Origin: Sporopachydermia quercuum
Lineage: Eukaryota
Assembly (NCBI GenBank): GCA_001599295.1
Contig: BCGN01000005.1
Span: 620,001-684,000, forward strand
Direction: 5' to 3'
Length of the DNA: 64,000 nt
In this document: positions 53,711 through 64,000 of the stretch, in pieces
How the letters are laid out: each line of letters starts with the position of its first letter
Numbering within the stretch: position 1 is the first letter of the stretch
The notes under the pieces: model-generated
Seen by the model: the letters and a program-made list of their open reading frames with translations, nothing else
Databases searched by the model: none
What the model was told of the DNA's origin: nothing
Program-made: the position numbers and the translations under genes

Positions 53711-54349
53711 TTTGATTTTTGCTATGGGTATCTTACGATGATTGTCAGAATTGAATTAATTCAGGCAATGATCAGAATAACAAACGGAATATAGTAAATT
53801 TTATCAAATGTTGGTAAAACATGAGCAACGGTAATAATAAAGTACTGGTGGCAGAACGAGTGACAAAGATTGCGATAATAAGTTACCCTGTTCTTGGAGG
53901 GGTGTTCTAAATACTTAAGGGTATAGTTATCAGTTGCTATTTTACTACTACTGGAAGAGCTAACGATACTAATTCAAGATGGACTTAATAAACGAAGTAT
54001 ATTATTACTGGTTGGGAATAATAGAGATGTTGTATCTTTGAAACTGATGAAACGTTTATTCACAATGAACTATTTGAGCTATTTGAAGTCAATTGATAGC
54101 TGGACCTAACGTTCCAGAGGTGACTGGTTTTATCTGAGCACGTCATCATTAAATAATTGAATCGCCAAAGAATGTCGGAGATTATGTCAATTAATAGGGT
54201 TTCCGAAATTTCTTGGTCACATATTCAAGGAAATCAAGAGCATAGAGCATTAGTATATCAAAAGGGAGCTACAGTTGGATACAAATTACTATATTCTAGG
54301 CCTGAAATTTCAGGTGAAATGCTTATTATACTACACGTTTTGCTTGCAC

Positions 54350-55236
54350 TTAGTTAAATCCGTTCCATTCATCTTCTTGATCCTCTTCGTCATTACCTGA
54401 TTCTTCCTCTGGATTCACAACACCCCATGCTAGAAGTCTTTCATCACTAATGAAATCTTCACTCAATCTTTCCCTAATAATCTTTTGAATCGACTTGTCC
54501 TTCAACTGAACAAATGGTTTGTATAAATCATCTAATGGAACATCATCTAAGGCTTCTTTCAACTCGTCGCCTTCAAGATCTTGCAATTTCAATACCTTTT
54601 CCAACTCGTCTGTATATATATCAGCGATATGAAATGTAATACCCAGAGGATATCTCGCAAGACTGTTTTCAGGGTTTAATGGTTGATCTGACAGTTGCTC
54701 TATAAACGTAGAGACTTGTTCTTCATCCCAATTCGAATCCTTCAATTTCTTCAAAATGGCATTAAAAAGCCTCCTGATAAGCATATAAAATTTATCAACC
54801 CTAAGGGAGTCGATCGAATTCCATTGTCGTCCCATTATAGTCCAAAATCCTTCAATAAATGCCCAAAAGTTGTTAGGATGAACAATCTCTATCAATCCAC
54901 TCAGATCGTCGGCTAGTCTTTGTTGCGGCAATGGTCTATCACAGAACCACATTGTGTAGAACAATCCTTTCCATAATTTCTTGATGGGTAGTGGTTCAAG
55001 TTTCTTTGGTTTTTGTAGGAATAAGCGCAACGAATCTAACGCTGCCATACGAGTTGCCCTATCTACCAAAAGTTAGCTTTATTTTCATTAGTCGAGTGTC
55101 ATTTCTAGCTATAGCTCAAAAGTAACTTACCATTAGCTGCTAATGCCTTTACAAAAGGTGCAGCATTTGATGCCTCCTTCAGCTTAGTCACATCTGATCT
55201 TGGGGTAGAAACTTTTCTAATCTTAGCTTTACCCAT
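54350..55236 (-). CDS. RRP1: 60S biogenesis factor Rrp1/Nop52; exons 55236-55131, 55062-54350 (272 aa)
   Basis: FVKALAAND-RATR, KLWKGLFYTMWFCDRPLPQQRLA, W.SID.LRVDKFYMLIRR. Adjacent to SSS1 as in S. cerevisiae. Confidence 0.94.
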
Positions 55237-55815
55237 GTTTCCCAATTGCTTCCCCATTGTTTCCCTTATATTTAATTCCAAACTAATGAATTCTTAGGTC
55301 CATCAATACTCTAAAAGATAAAAGTCACGAGACGGCAAGATTAAACATATATACATCTTTCATTAAATTTGCAAGACTGTTCAGTATGTAAGAACAGTTT
55401 CTTTTTCTTTAAGCAAACAAAAATTTTTATGTCTTATTTCGGGGGCCATGAAATTGTTTTGACCATTTCCGCAATTTTAATTGTATGTACAAATATGTTC
55501 ACATATGCGCGTATACATACGCATACAGGAATAATTCACATGTACTGTCAGTGATATTATTATTGCTGTTCAAAGAATCATGAAGAGTGAGGTAACGTAT
55601 CCAGATTTATAGTCCTCTTGTATGGGTACTGAAAAAAGAGGTATCGCAATATTCTAAGCTCTAGTAAATATCACTTTAGTTTCCAGCTTCTGGTTTCCAC
55701 CAAGCAGAGGCTGGCACATAAAAAACATCCTATTAAGATGCTGTAAGCTGTTCACAAAGCAAAAACCCCAGATTCCTCATAAGATAAAGATTATTAATTA
55801 TAGTTCGTGATTTAA

Positions 55816-57309
55816 TCAGAAAACATAGTGACCGAAATACTTCTCTTGACAGTATGCCTCTCCTGATTCAAAATATTCTTCTCTCGTCACAGCCAATTGG
55901 TTATATAAAGAAGGCTCTTCAGCCAATCTTTTACCTCCATTCCAAGCATATGTGATAGGACTAATTCACCATTCCTTGTTAGTATACTCTTATAATAAAC
56001 ATAAACAATTTTCAAACTTCTAAATTGTACTCACTCGTCTGGTAATGCGACATTAAGCCTAGCTTCTTGGGGAACGAGTTTTCTCAAATCGTTATATCTA
56101 GTAAATTTCTTGTTAGTACTCTCAGTCTTCCAAACCTCTTTTTATTTCTTTTGCATTATACTTACATTCTCTCTTTGAATCCAGGTAATTTCGCCGTTCC
56201 TCCTACTAATACAATATTCGAATACAATAGTGACCTATGAATTGGATCCGATATTGAACTAATTACTTGATCAATCGACTCAGGTATACCACTTTGTTTA
56301 AGTTGTATAACGTTAGGATTGAATAAATACTCAGGAATCATAAAACGTTCTTCAACTAGAGAAAGAACTTGTTGGTCTGATTTTGCTGTCTCTCCTAGTT
56401 TTAACGGGTACCCTGTCAAAGTTGTCTTGTAATCAGGTAGAACATAATCCGCACGACACTTATGTGATTTTTTCTGTAGTGGACTCAATTTATGTATTGC
56501 ATCAATATCTTTATAGTAATCTATTGAGACAAAGCAGAGCTTTTCTTTTATGTTGTTTATCAAAAATGTTTCATCCATCACATTGTAGTATTTATATGAT
56601 ATATTTTCCTTTAGCAAACTTGTAAGCATTTTTCCTGCAATACTCATCCGTTTTACAGATTTCCATGATACCTCTCCATCAGTAACTGGTATAATGCTAG
56701 TGAAAGTAAATCCACAGTCAACAATCAGTGAGAAGTTGCTGAAACCTTCTGTGTATGCTTGATTATTATTGTTCAATTCGCGGTAATTATTGAAGCGTAC
56801 CAAATTTCCTGCTGGGCATTTCACCATTGATTCAAATCCATATTCTTCAAACACTATTTGATTCATATTCGCTGAAAGGATAGGTAGAGAGAAACATGAT
56901 TCCGTGAGTATAAGATTAGTATCACCAGGTGTGACGTTCAAATTCGTATCAGAACCAAAAAATGTATAATCCCAAATAGCTTTTTCACATTCCATGCTCA
57001 CCAACTGACCCTGAGTTTAGAAAATCACATTTGGTTAGTACCAGTTGACGAGTTATTGAGTACTCTCTGTACTTATCAGTGAGGAAAAGAAGAAATGAAT
57101 TACATGAGAGCCAAACATACCTTTTCTATTGGACGTCTTATCACTAATTGTGAATAATCTTTACACAGCAAATCTAACTGTTTGCCAACATATGTCAATC
57201 GATCTCTCGTTCTAACAATGCAATTTGGTACAACCTGACAGTCTGGATTTGAAGCAAACCCAGCTTTAATGCCGTATGCACCATTATCTACAATTAGCGT
57301 CTGGGACAT
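55816..57309 (-). CDS. ARP6: Actin-related protein Arp6 (SWR1 complex); exons 57309-57121, 57010-56166, 56097-56035, 55960-55816 (413 aa)
   Basis: TLIVDNGAYGIKAG, RRPIEKGQLV, ERFMIPEYLFNP, NIVLVGG..KLPGFKER, DPITYAWNGG, VTREEYFESG. Divergent from SMC4 as in S. cerevisiae. Confidence 0.92.
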
Positions 57310-57978
57310 TGCAAATGCTTCTCACGATTTCAATAAAACATTTAGCACATAATCAACCATTCTGAGAACGAAATTTAAATCTTGCAGCTTTCACAAATAG
57401 ATAATTGACAATAGCTATTACTCTACGTGCTAACTTGTACTATATAAATCCATTACTGCTCGAACATATACTTGTCCCAATATAGGTCATAGTTAGTCTA
57501 AAAATACTAACATATTATCTCGGAAATTATATATGCACTTAAAATCAAATCGGAGATTATAATATCCGCTTTTAAATTAAATGCTTACCTTATACTTATT
57601 TCATAAGTAAACTCAGTTGCTATGACAACCACATCATGTGACCAAATATTTCGTATTTGGTCAAATTGATAAACATTGTATTTCCTATTCCAGTTTAATA
57701 AACAATCAAAAACTCCGATTCTTTTGTATTGATCAAGAGTATTTGATGAGGTCTACTATTCTACTTTCAACTACCAGTATTTTACGTTCATTTTGTCCTG
57801 TCATTTGGGCTTCGTGATCCTAGTAAACCTAGATTACAAGCTAGTCAATCGAAAATCTACATCCACAGCAAAATCGACCTAAACCCAGAATCAACTGCAC
57901 TGATTGATTAGCCTATTTTTTTTTTTTTGACTGGTGTGATCATAGCTGCTGGTGCCCATATGCCACATACTAATCAGA

Positions 57979-60900
57979 ATGTCTTCTGTAGGAATAAGGG
58001 GAGGGCGTAGCAAAGTGATTGAAGAACCTGATGACGATGAGATAAGTGAAAGTGGCTCAATTAACAACTCAATGGTAGAAAATCAACCACCAATCTCTGA
58101 ACCTCTACCACATAAGATCACTGAAACTCGGCCTATTCCCCCAAGGAAAACTATAGGTCCATTATCAGACGTATCAAATATTCAAAATGTGCAGGAAACA
58201 ATTGCAAGAAGGCTAAGTATCAAAGAGCCAACTCCTTTGGTTGAACCTCCAAGCGTCGATATGGAGCTTGAAACTGTTGCTCTTACACCAAATATTCAGG
58301 AATCAGAATCCATCATTAGAAATTTAGCAACTAAGAAAGTAGCACCTAAAGAAGAAACACATGGCCCAAGATTAGTTATCCGAAAGCTAGTATTAACTAA
58401 CTTCAAGTCATATGCCGGAGAACAAACCATTGGTCCATTTCATTCATCTTTCTCAGCAGTTGTTGGTCCTAATGGTTCAGGCAAATCAAACGTTATTGAT
58501 TCGTTGTTGTTTGTATTTGGTTTCCGAGCCTCTAAGATGAGACAAACAAAATTATCTTCATTAATTCATTACTCTGAAGCATTTCCAAACTTAGATTTTT
58601 GCTCGGTCGATATTCATTTCCAAGCCGTCATTGACAATGACGATGGAACAGTCACCGAAATACAAGATAGTGAATTAATGGTTTCTCGAAAAGCCTTCAA
58701 AAACAACAGCTCCAAATACTATATTAATAGTAGGGAAAGTACATACTCTATTGTAACAAGTATGCTGAAAGAGAAGGAAATTGATCTTGATCATAAAAGA
58801 TTCTTGATTTTACAGGGTGAAGTCGAAAGTATTGCCCAAATGAAACCCAAAGCAGAGAAGGAGAATGATGACGGGTTATTGGAATATTTGGAAGATCTTA
58901 TCGGGACTGCTCAATATAAACAACCAATTGAAGACTCTATTGTTAAAGTAGAACAACTAAATGATATCTGTCTTGAGAAAGAGAATAGATTTAATATTGT
59001 GGACACAGAGTTGAAAGCTCTAGAAGAAAAGAAAGATTCTGTCATTTCATATCTGTCACACGAAAATGATTTGGTCATGAAAAAATCAGCATGTTTACAA
59101 CTAGAACGCTATAACAGTCTTAGAAATATAGATACTGGAAAGCAAGTATTACATGAACTTACTGCTAAGCTAAATGAAGAGCAAGAGAAAAATAAAGGAT
59201 CACAAGAAATAATCAACCAACTTAAGAGCGCTTACGAAATTTTCCAAAAGGACCAGTCACTTCTAAACAAACATGTTGAGGCTTTAAAGAAGAAGCATAA
59301 AGAAGCTGAGAGAAAATCGATTGCATTAGAAACTAAGAAACGTCACTTGGAAAGTACTTTAAATAAAAGCGAGAAACAGTTAGCTGCAGCTTTAACAGCC
59401 AAAAATCAAGCTGAAAATCGGATAGTCGATTATAATCAAGAAGTTCAGGAGACTCAAGAGAAGATTGCTAACTTTGAGAAAGAGTTAGAGCAAGAAAATC
59501 ATTTATTAGAAGAAATTCGTATCAAGTTAAAAGATAAAACTCAGCCTTTTACAGATAAAATTGGACGATATCAAAAGGAATTAGAACCTTGGAGGAATAA
59601 AATCAAAGAAAAATCAGCTGAAATAGAAGTGACGAAGTCTCAAATTGATTTGTTCAATGATAAGAAAGCTCAACTGGAAAGACAAGTTGAAGAAGCCAAG
59701 CTAAGAATTGAATCAATCATGAAACAAGGGCGAAGCAAAGAAAGAGAAATGTTAGCCTTAACAAAAGAACAGGATCATGTCAAGGAACAAATTAAACTTG
59801 GTGGAGAAGAATGTAGCCATGCTTCACAGAAACTTGAAGAGATGAAAGTTGAGTTATCAAATATTCGTCAGAGAGTAAATGATGCGAAATCTGCTATTGA
59901 CACAACTCAGAATCAAAGCAAAGTGTTGAAAGGATTGACCCGTCTTGCAGAATCTGGTAGGGTTGATGGGTTTTATGGAAGATTAGGAGATTTGGGAACT
60001 ATTGATAAGAAGTATGATATAGCAATCTCTACTGCTTGTCCTCAATTGAATAACATGGTGGTTAGAACTGTTGAAGTTGGTCAGCAATGTATCGAACATC
60101 TAAAGAAACATAATTTAGGAAGAGCTAAATTTATTCTATTAGACAAGTTACCAAAGAGAGATCTCTCCCCTATTTCAACGCCTCAAAATGTTCCAAGACT
60201 TTTTGATCTGATTAAATTCCAAGATGATCAGTTTGCTCCTGCTTTTTATAGTGCGTTATACGATACTCTTGTTGCTAAAGATATTGAGCAGGCTAAAGCT
60301 ATTGCTTATGGTGCTAAGCGGTGGAGAGTTGTCACGTTGGACGGTAAATTAATCGACAAGTCAGGAACATTAACTGGTGGTGGTCATTCAGTAGCTAAAA
60401 GTGGTATGAGATCATCAGATAGAGCTAGTGTCAGTGCATCTGACATGGCAAAAATGGAAGAAGCGTTAACTGCTAAAGAAAAAAAAGTTGCTCTCGGTGA
60501 AAAGGCTTATGAAGAAATGATTGAAATGTTCAATAGTCTCAAAGATAAAGAACCACAAATTGAGTTACAAATATCTAAAAGTAACCTCGAAATCGAAAGT
60601 TTGACTAAAGAATTAGCTGATAGGCAAAAATCATTTAAAGAGTTAAGCAAAGAATTAGAACAACCAGATGTTGATGAATCAAAGAAGGCTTTGGTTGAAG
60701 AACAGTACAATTTGTTGAAACAAGAGGTTGAATCATTGAAAGCTCAAACAAAGGAAAAGGAATCATTAATCGAGGAACTTCAAGAACAAATTATGGACGC
60801 CGGTGGGTTGGAACTTAGACAACAAAAATGCAAAGTAGATAGTATTTCTGAGAGAATGGAGATTCTCAAAGAGAAGTTAAATGCGAACGTAATGGCATTT

Positions 60901-62163
60901 ACCAAGACTAAGAACCAGTTGAAGAAGCAAATTAAAATCTCAGAATCAGCTGAAGAAGAAATCAATACTGTAAAACAAGAATTTGACCGGATAACCGGTG
61001 AACATGAGACTCTAGTGAAAGAAATAAATGTTATAATAACTGAAATTCAAGAGTTGGAGAGTAAATTCGATGCTAAACGAGCAGAAGCTGAAGAAACAAA
61101 AGAACATTTAGAAGAACTGGTAGCAGCAGCACAAGGAACAGAATTTCTGAAAATAGAACTTGAAGGTCAAATCAATCAACAAAAGGATATAATTAGTAGA
61201 GAAGAGAAATCGATTCAGTCAATTCAAAACACTCTATCCTCATTGTCGTTACACAATATTGAGGATTTGACGCCATGGGAAAAAGAGAGGGATTCAAAAG
61301 ATAACGACGAGAATGATGAAGAAGAAAATGATGAAGAAACCGAGAAACAGAAAGAACGTGGACCCGTTAAGGAAAATGGTAATGATCCAGCTGAAAATCC
61401 TGATGCAGAAAATGCAATGGATATTGATGAAGATAATGATGAACCAGCAAATACTCAATCAGCCTATACATTGGTTGAGCTATCAAACGATGAACTAGAA
61501 TCAATCAATGGTAAACGATTAAGAAAAGATATTGAGGAGTTGGAGCATGAGATTGCTAACTCTGTTGTGGATTATGATATCTTGGAAGAATACTCTAGAA
61601 GATTCAACGAGTATAGAAAGAGAAAACATGAGCTGAATCAAGCGGTCAATGAAAGAGATGTCATTAGAAAGAATGCTGATGAGTTGAGGAAAAGAAGATT
61701 AGATGAATTCATGGAAGGATTCAATACAATCTCTGTTTATCTCAAGGAAATGTATCAAATGATTACCATGGGTGGTAATGCTGAATTGGAACTAGTTGAT
61801 AGTTTAGATCCATTTTCTGAAGGTATTCTATTCTCAGTAATGCCACCAAAAAAGAGTTGGAGAAACATCTCTAATCTTTCTGGTGGTGAAAAGACTCTAA
61901 GTTCGTTAGCTCTAGTTTTCGCTTTACACCGTTACAAGCCAACTCCGTTATATGTTATGGATGAAATTGATGCTGCATTGGATTTCAGAAATGTGTCAAT
62001 TGTTGCTAACTATATCAAGGAGAAAACCAAGAATGCTCAGTTTATTGTTATTTCATTACGAAACAATATGTTCGAGTTAGCACAACAGCTCGTTGGTATT
62101 TATAAAGTCAACAACATGACTAGAAGTGTTGCTTTACAAAATAAGGAACTCCTTCATAATTAA
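57979..62163 (+). CDS. SMC4: Condensin ATPase subunit Smc4
   Basis: NFKSYAG, Walker A GPNGSGKSN, hinge GRLGDLG, signature LSGGEKTLSSLAL, Walker B MDEIDAALD. First ATG at 57979. Confidence 0.97.
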   Translation: MSSVGIRGGRSKVIEEPDDDEISESGSINNSMVENQPPISEPLPHKITETRPIPPRKTIGPLSDVSNIQNVQETIARRLSIKEPTPLVEPPSVDMELETVALTPNIQESESIIRNLATKKVAPKEETHGPRLVIRKLVLTNFKSYAGEQTIGPFHSSFSAVVGPNGSGKSNVIDSLLFVFGFRASKMRQTKLSSLIHYSEAFPNLDFCSVDIHFQAVIDNDDGTVTEIQDSELMVSRKAFKNNSSKYYINSRESTYSIVTSMLKEKEIDLDHKRFLILQGEVESIAQMKPKAEKENDDGLLEYLEDLIGTAQYKQPIEDSIVKVEQLNDICLEKENRFNIVDTELKALEEKKDSVISYLSHENDLVMKKSACLQLERYNSLRNIDTGKQVLHELTAKLNEEQEKNKGSQEIINQLKSAYEIFQKDQSLLNKHVEALKKKHKEAERKSIALETKKRHLESTLNKSEKQLAAALTAKNQAENRIVDYNQEVQETQEKIANFEKELEQENHLLEEIRIKLKDKTQPFTDKIGRYQKELEPWRNKIKEKSAEIEVTKSQIDLFNDKKAQLERQVEEAKLRIESIMKQGRSKEREMLALTKEQDHVKEQIKLGGEECSHASQKLEEMKVELSNIRQRVNDAKSAIDTTQNQSKVLKGLTRLAESGRVDGFYGRLGDLGTIDKKYDIAISTACPQLNNMVVRTVEVGQQCIEHLKKHNLGRAKFILLDKLPKRDLSPISTPQNVPRLFDLIKFQDDQFAPAFYSALYDTLVAKDIEQAKAIAYGAKRWRVVTLDGKLIDKSGTLTGGGHSVAKSGMRSSDRASVSASDMAKMEEALTAKEKKVALGEKAYEEMIEMFNSLKDKEPQIELQISKSNLEIESLTKELADRQKSFKELSKELEQPDVDESKKALVEEQYNLLKQEVESLKAQTKEKESLIEELQEQIMDAGGLELRQQKCKVDSISERMEILKEKLNANVMAFTKTKNQLKKQIKISESAEEEINTVKQEFDRITGEHETLVKEINVIITEIQELESKFDAKRAEAEETKEHLEELVAAAQGTEFLKIELEGQINQQKDIISREEKSIQSIQNTLSSLSLHNIEDLTPWEKERDSKDNDENDEEENDEETEKQKERGPVKENGNDPAENPDAENAMDIDEDNDEPANTQSAYTLVELSNDELESINGKRLRKDIEELEHEIANSVVDYDILEEYSRRFNEYRKRKHELNQAVNERDVIRKNADELRKRRLDEFMEGFNTISVYLKEMYQMITMGGNAELELVDSLDPFSEGILFSVMPPKKSWRNISNLSGGEKTLSSLALVFALHRYKPTPLYVMDEIDAALDFRNVSIVANYIKEKTKNAQFIVISLRNNMFELAQQLVGIYKVNNMTRSVALQNKELLHN

Positions 62164-62471
62164 AAGTGCTCTTGTCATTTTGCTAAGCTGTACTCCCTTT
62201 CTTGAACTAATTTATTTCTTACGTTGTCATTTACACGAGAATGTGTTTTGTTTACTTTTTGTTTGTTTATTGTTAATACTATATGTATTAGTTTTATTGG
62301 CATTGTGATTATGATATCATAATCACGATAATCGTCTTCCATCTTTCACTAAAAATTTTTATGTAGTATTATTCAATTCAATGTAATATATATAGTTACA
62401 GAGATCTTTATAAAACCTGAAATCATATAAGACGATTGAACTTCACTACTGCCTTCTTTTCCCCTCGTTTG

Positions 62472-64000
62472 TCACACAGCACTCAACGTCCACACTATTC
62501 CGCCAACAGCAACACATATAACAACAAAAACTGAGCAAATCACAGTAAATTGATGTCCTAGACCTGGAACTTCAGTTCTCCGTAGAAATAACACGGTTGC
62601 AAATCCACACAACAATAGCGAGAATAATAAACCAGTAATAATCAAACCAACCAAGGTTGGTGTCAACACATTAATAGGTGGATTGAGTGATGGATCCGGT
62701 TGGGAAGGCGATGAAGTAGATACAATGACCCCAGTGACAATGGCTGATATTAATGCAGATAAAAACAATGCAATAGTATAGAAAAAGGTCAATACAGCAT
62801 CATGCTGTTGTACCTTTATTTGATAATAATCAAATTCATCCTGTAATGCATATGAACGAGGCACCACGCCTCTACGATTAGACAACAGTCTATCTGTTTC
62901 ATATCCATTATCGTCTTCATCTTCGTCGCCAGTAAATGATGATTGGGATGACGCCGTCTCAATTCCCAACCAGTTCTTTATCTTCTGTTTACCATGATTT
63001 AAGGAACTAGCAATTTTCATCAAGAAATCCAACGACGTATCATTAAAGAAAGAGATTTCACTACCATCTTCTTGTGAGATAAAGAACCCAGGATCGTCTT
63101 CTTCGTCAGGATGATCAAATTCATTCCAGTAACGGATCTGAGAAGGTTGGTTGGCGACTTCTGCATTGTGTTGTTGATTTTTCACAGCTACAGCTAATTG
63201 AGATTTCACTGTTCCATTATTAATGTCGTAGGCACTTTTCCGCTTGACAACAGGACGTTCTGGGACTTTTCTAATATCCGTACCATTATCTAACAAATGC
63301 TGCCAGCTGACTGGGAAACTCAAGGCATCTTGTTTAAATGATGCTATACTCTGTAAAAATAAAGAAAAACCAGGAATACAATAAACTAGATGTGATTTGG
63401 AGAATTGGGTGACCCATTCAGGAGGAGACTTTAAAGAAGGGTGCCATCTGATTTGAAGAACATTATGAGGAAATTGATAACCTGAAGAGTCATCTGCTTC
63501 AAAATCAATGCTCTTTCGTGACTCGTCGTCACCATAAAGACGAATATTAGTATCTAAAACAGCGTGTATTTTAGATTGACCATTACTTTGAGTAAGTGGG
63601 CTATTATCTATCGACTCATATTTCAGCTGGGTAGAAACTGATTTTGCAATTGATGATACTTTTCTTTGTTTAATCCATTGAACAGCCATTCTATCCATAT
63701 TACTCAGTTCATTCAATTCAGCTTGTAATTCTTCATCAGTCTGATCGGTTGATTGTAAAGAGTTATCGACAATCTTGGAAGCCAAAGGCTTTTTCAGTAA
63801 AGCAGTAGCATAACCTCTAAGACCACCTATAGGGGAGTAAAGAAAGTACTCATTGGTGTTCACTGAATCTATCCAACGAACTTGAGCTGGCTCAGAGTTA
63901 TTTTGCAATGAATAGAGCTTTCTTTCGTCATCTAAGTAGACTGTTTTGATTTCTTTACTGCCATCATCAATGGGAACATCCTCATTGTCAATATTTTCAG
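62472..64000 (-). CDS. VTC5: VTC-domain membrane protein, Vtc5-like (5' end outside the window)
   Basis: Frame open to the window edge (IKTVYLDD..LY), LDTNI, FPHNVLQIRW, FSLFL, RYWNEFD motif and three C-terminal TM segments. Confidence 0.7.
   Translation of the reverse strand, partial: ENIDNEDVPIDDGSKEIKTVYLDDERKLYSLQNNSEPAQVRWIDSVNTNEYFLYSPIGGLRGYATALLKKPLASKIVDNSLQSTDQTDEELQAELNELSNMDRMAVQWIKQRKVSSIAKSVSTQLKYESIDNSPLTQSNGQSKIHAVLDTNIRLYGDDESRKSIDFEADDSSGYQFPHNVLQIRWHPSLKSPPEWVTQFSKSHLVYCIPGFSLFLQSIASFKQDALSFPVSWQHLLDNGTDIRKVPERPVVKRKSAYDINNGTVKSQLAVAVKNQQHNAEVANQPSQIRYWNEFDHPDEEDDPGFFISQEDGSEISFFNDTSLDFLMKIASSLNHGKQKIKNWLGIETASSQSSFTGDEDEDDNGYETDRLLSNRRGVVPRSYALQDEFDYYQIKVQQHDAVLTFFYTIALFLSALISAIVTGVIVSTSSPSQPDPSLNPPINVLTPTLVGLIITGLLFSLLLCGFATVLFLRRTEVPGLGHQFTVICSVFVVICVAVGGIVWTLSAV

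Noticed and set aside
57581..57600. U1 snRNA-like 5' end (ATGCTTACCTTA)
   Set aside because: Mismatch to ATACTTACC, with no downstream U1 stems or Sm site evident.
57777..57991. Extra first intron or exon for SMC4 (TACTAAT at 57968)
   Set aside because: Donor GTATTT is weak, and the in-frame ATG 57979 has a good context, so no intron is needed.
1489..62308. Numerous 60-190-aa ORFs antisense to or overlapping the major genes
   Set aside because: Shadow frames of real genes or low-complexity AT-rich ORFs, often with TTG/GTG starts and no recognisable motifs.
1..64000. CRISPR array, prokaryotic operon or horizontally acquired cluster
   Set aside because: All recognised genes are conserved eukaryotic housekeeping genes with spliceosomal introns, and there are no spaced direct repeats.

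Overview
Eukaryotic, AT-rich, intron-rich budding-yeast (Saccharomycotina-like) chromosome segment using the standard code (CTG falls at conserved Leu positions). It holds about 25 protein genes, ten of them spliced (20 introns traced by hand), and one initiator tRNA-Met. I see no transposon, CRISPR or rRNA. Gene order: CDH1, SWD1, ERP1/6-like p24, VPS8, an unlisted spliced GPI/CFEM-like gene, ERG26, NUP60, TFC3, EFM5, epsin, a possible spliced orphan, ILV1, DCW1/DFG5, tRNA-iMet, MAPR/cytochrome-b5 protein, WAR1-like TF, CAB1, KRE28/SOS7, PEX11-family, YMC-like carrier, NMT1, SSS1, RRP1, ARP6, SMC4, partial VTC5-like. Most notable: (1) the first 24 kb carry the orthologues of the genes that flank S. 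cerevisiae CEN1 and CEN7, mostly in the same order and orientation, yet no point centromere is visible at the syntenic NUP60-TFC3 gap, and the ambiguous bases cluster in this block; (2) the initiator tRNA has C64 instead of the purine that Rit1 modifies; (3) a hidden 4-exon CFEM-like GPI protein; (4) possible back-to-back 5'UTR introns with a zero-length exon; (5) a perfect 19-bp hairpin and a recurring CGGA(A/G)A(C/T)TAT promoter motif. All gene names come from recalled motif and synteny knowledge, not database searches.
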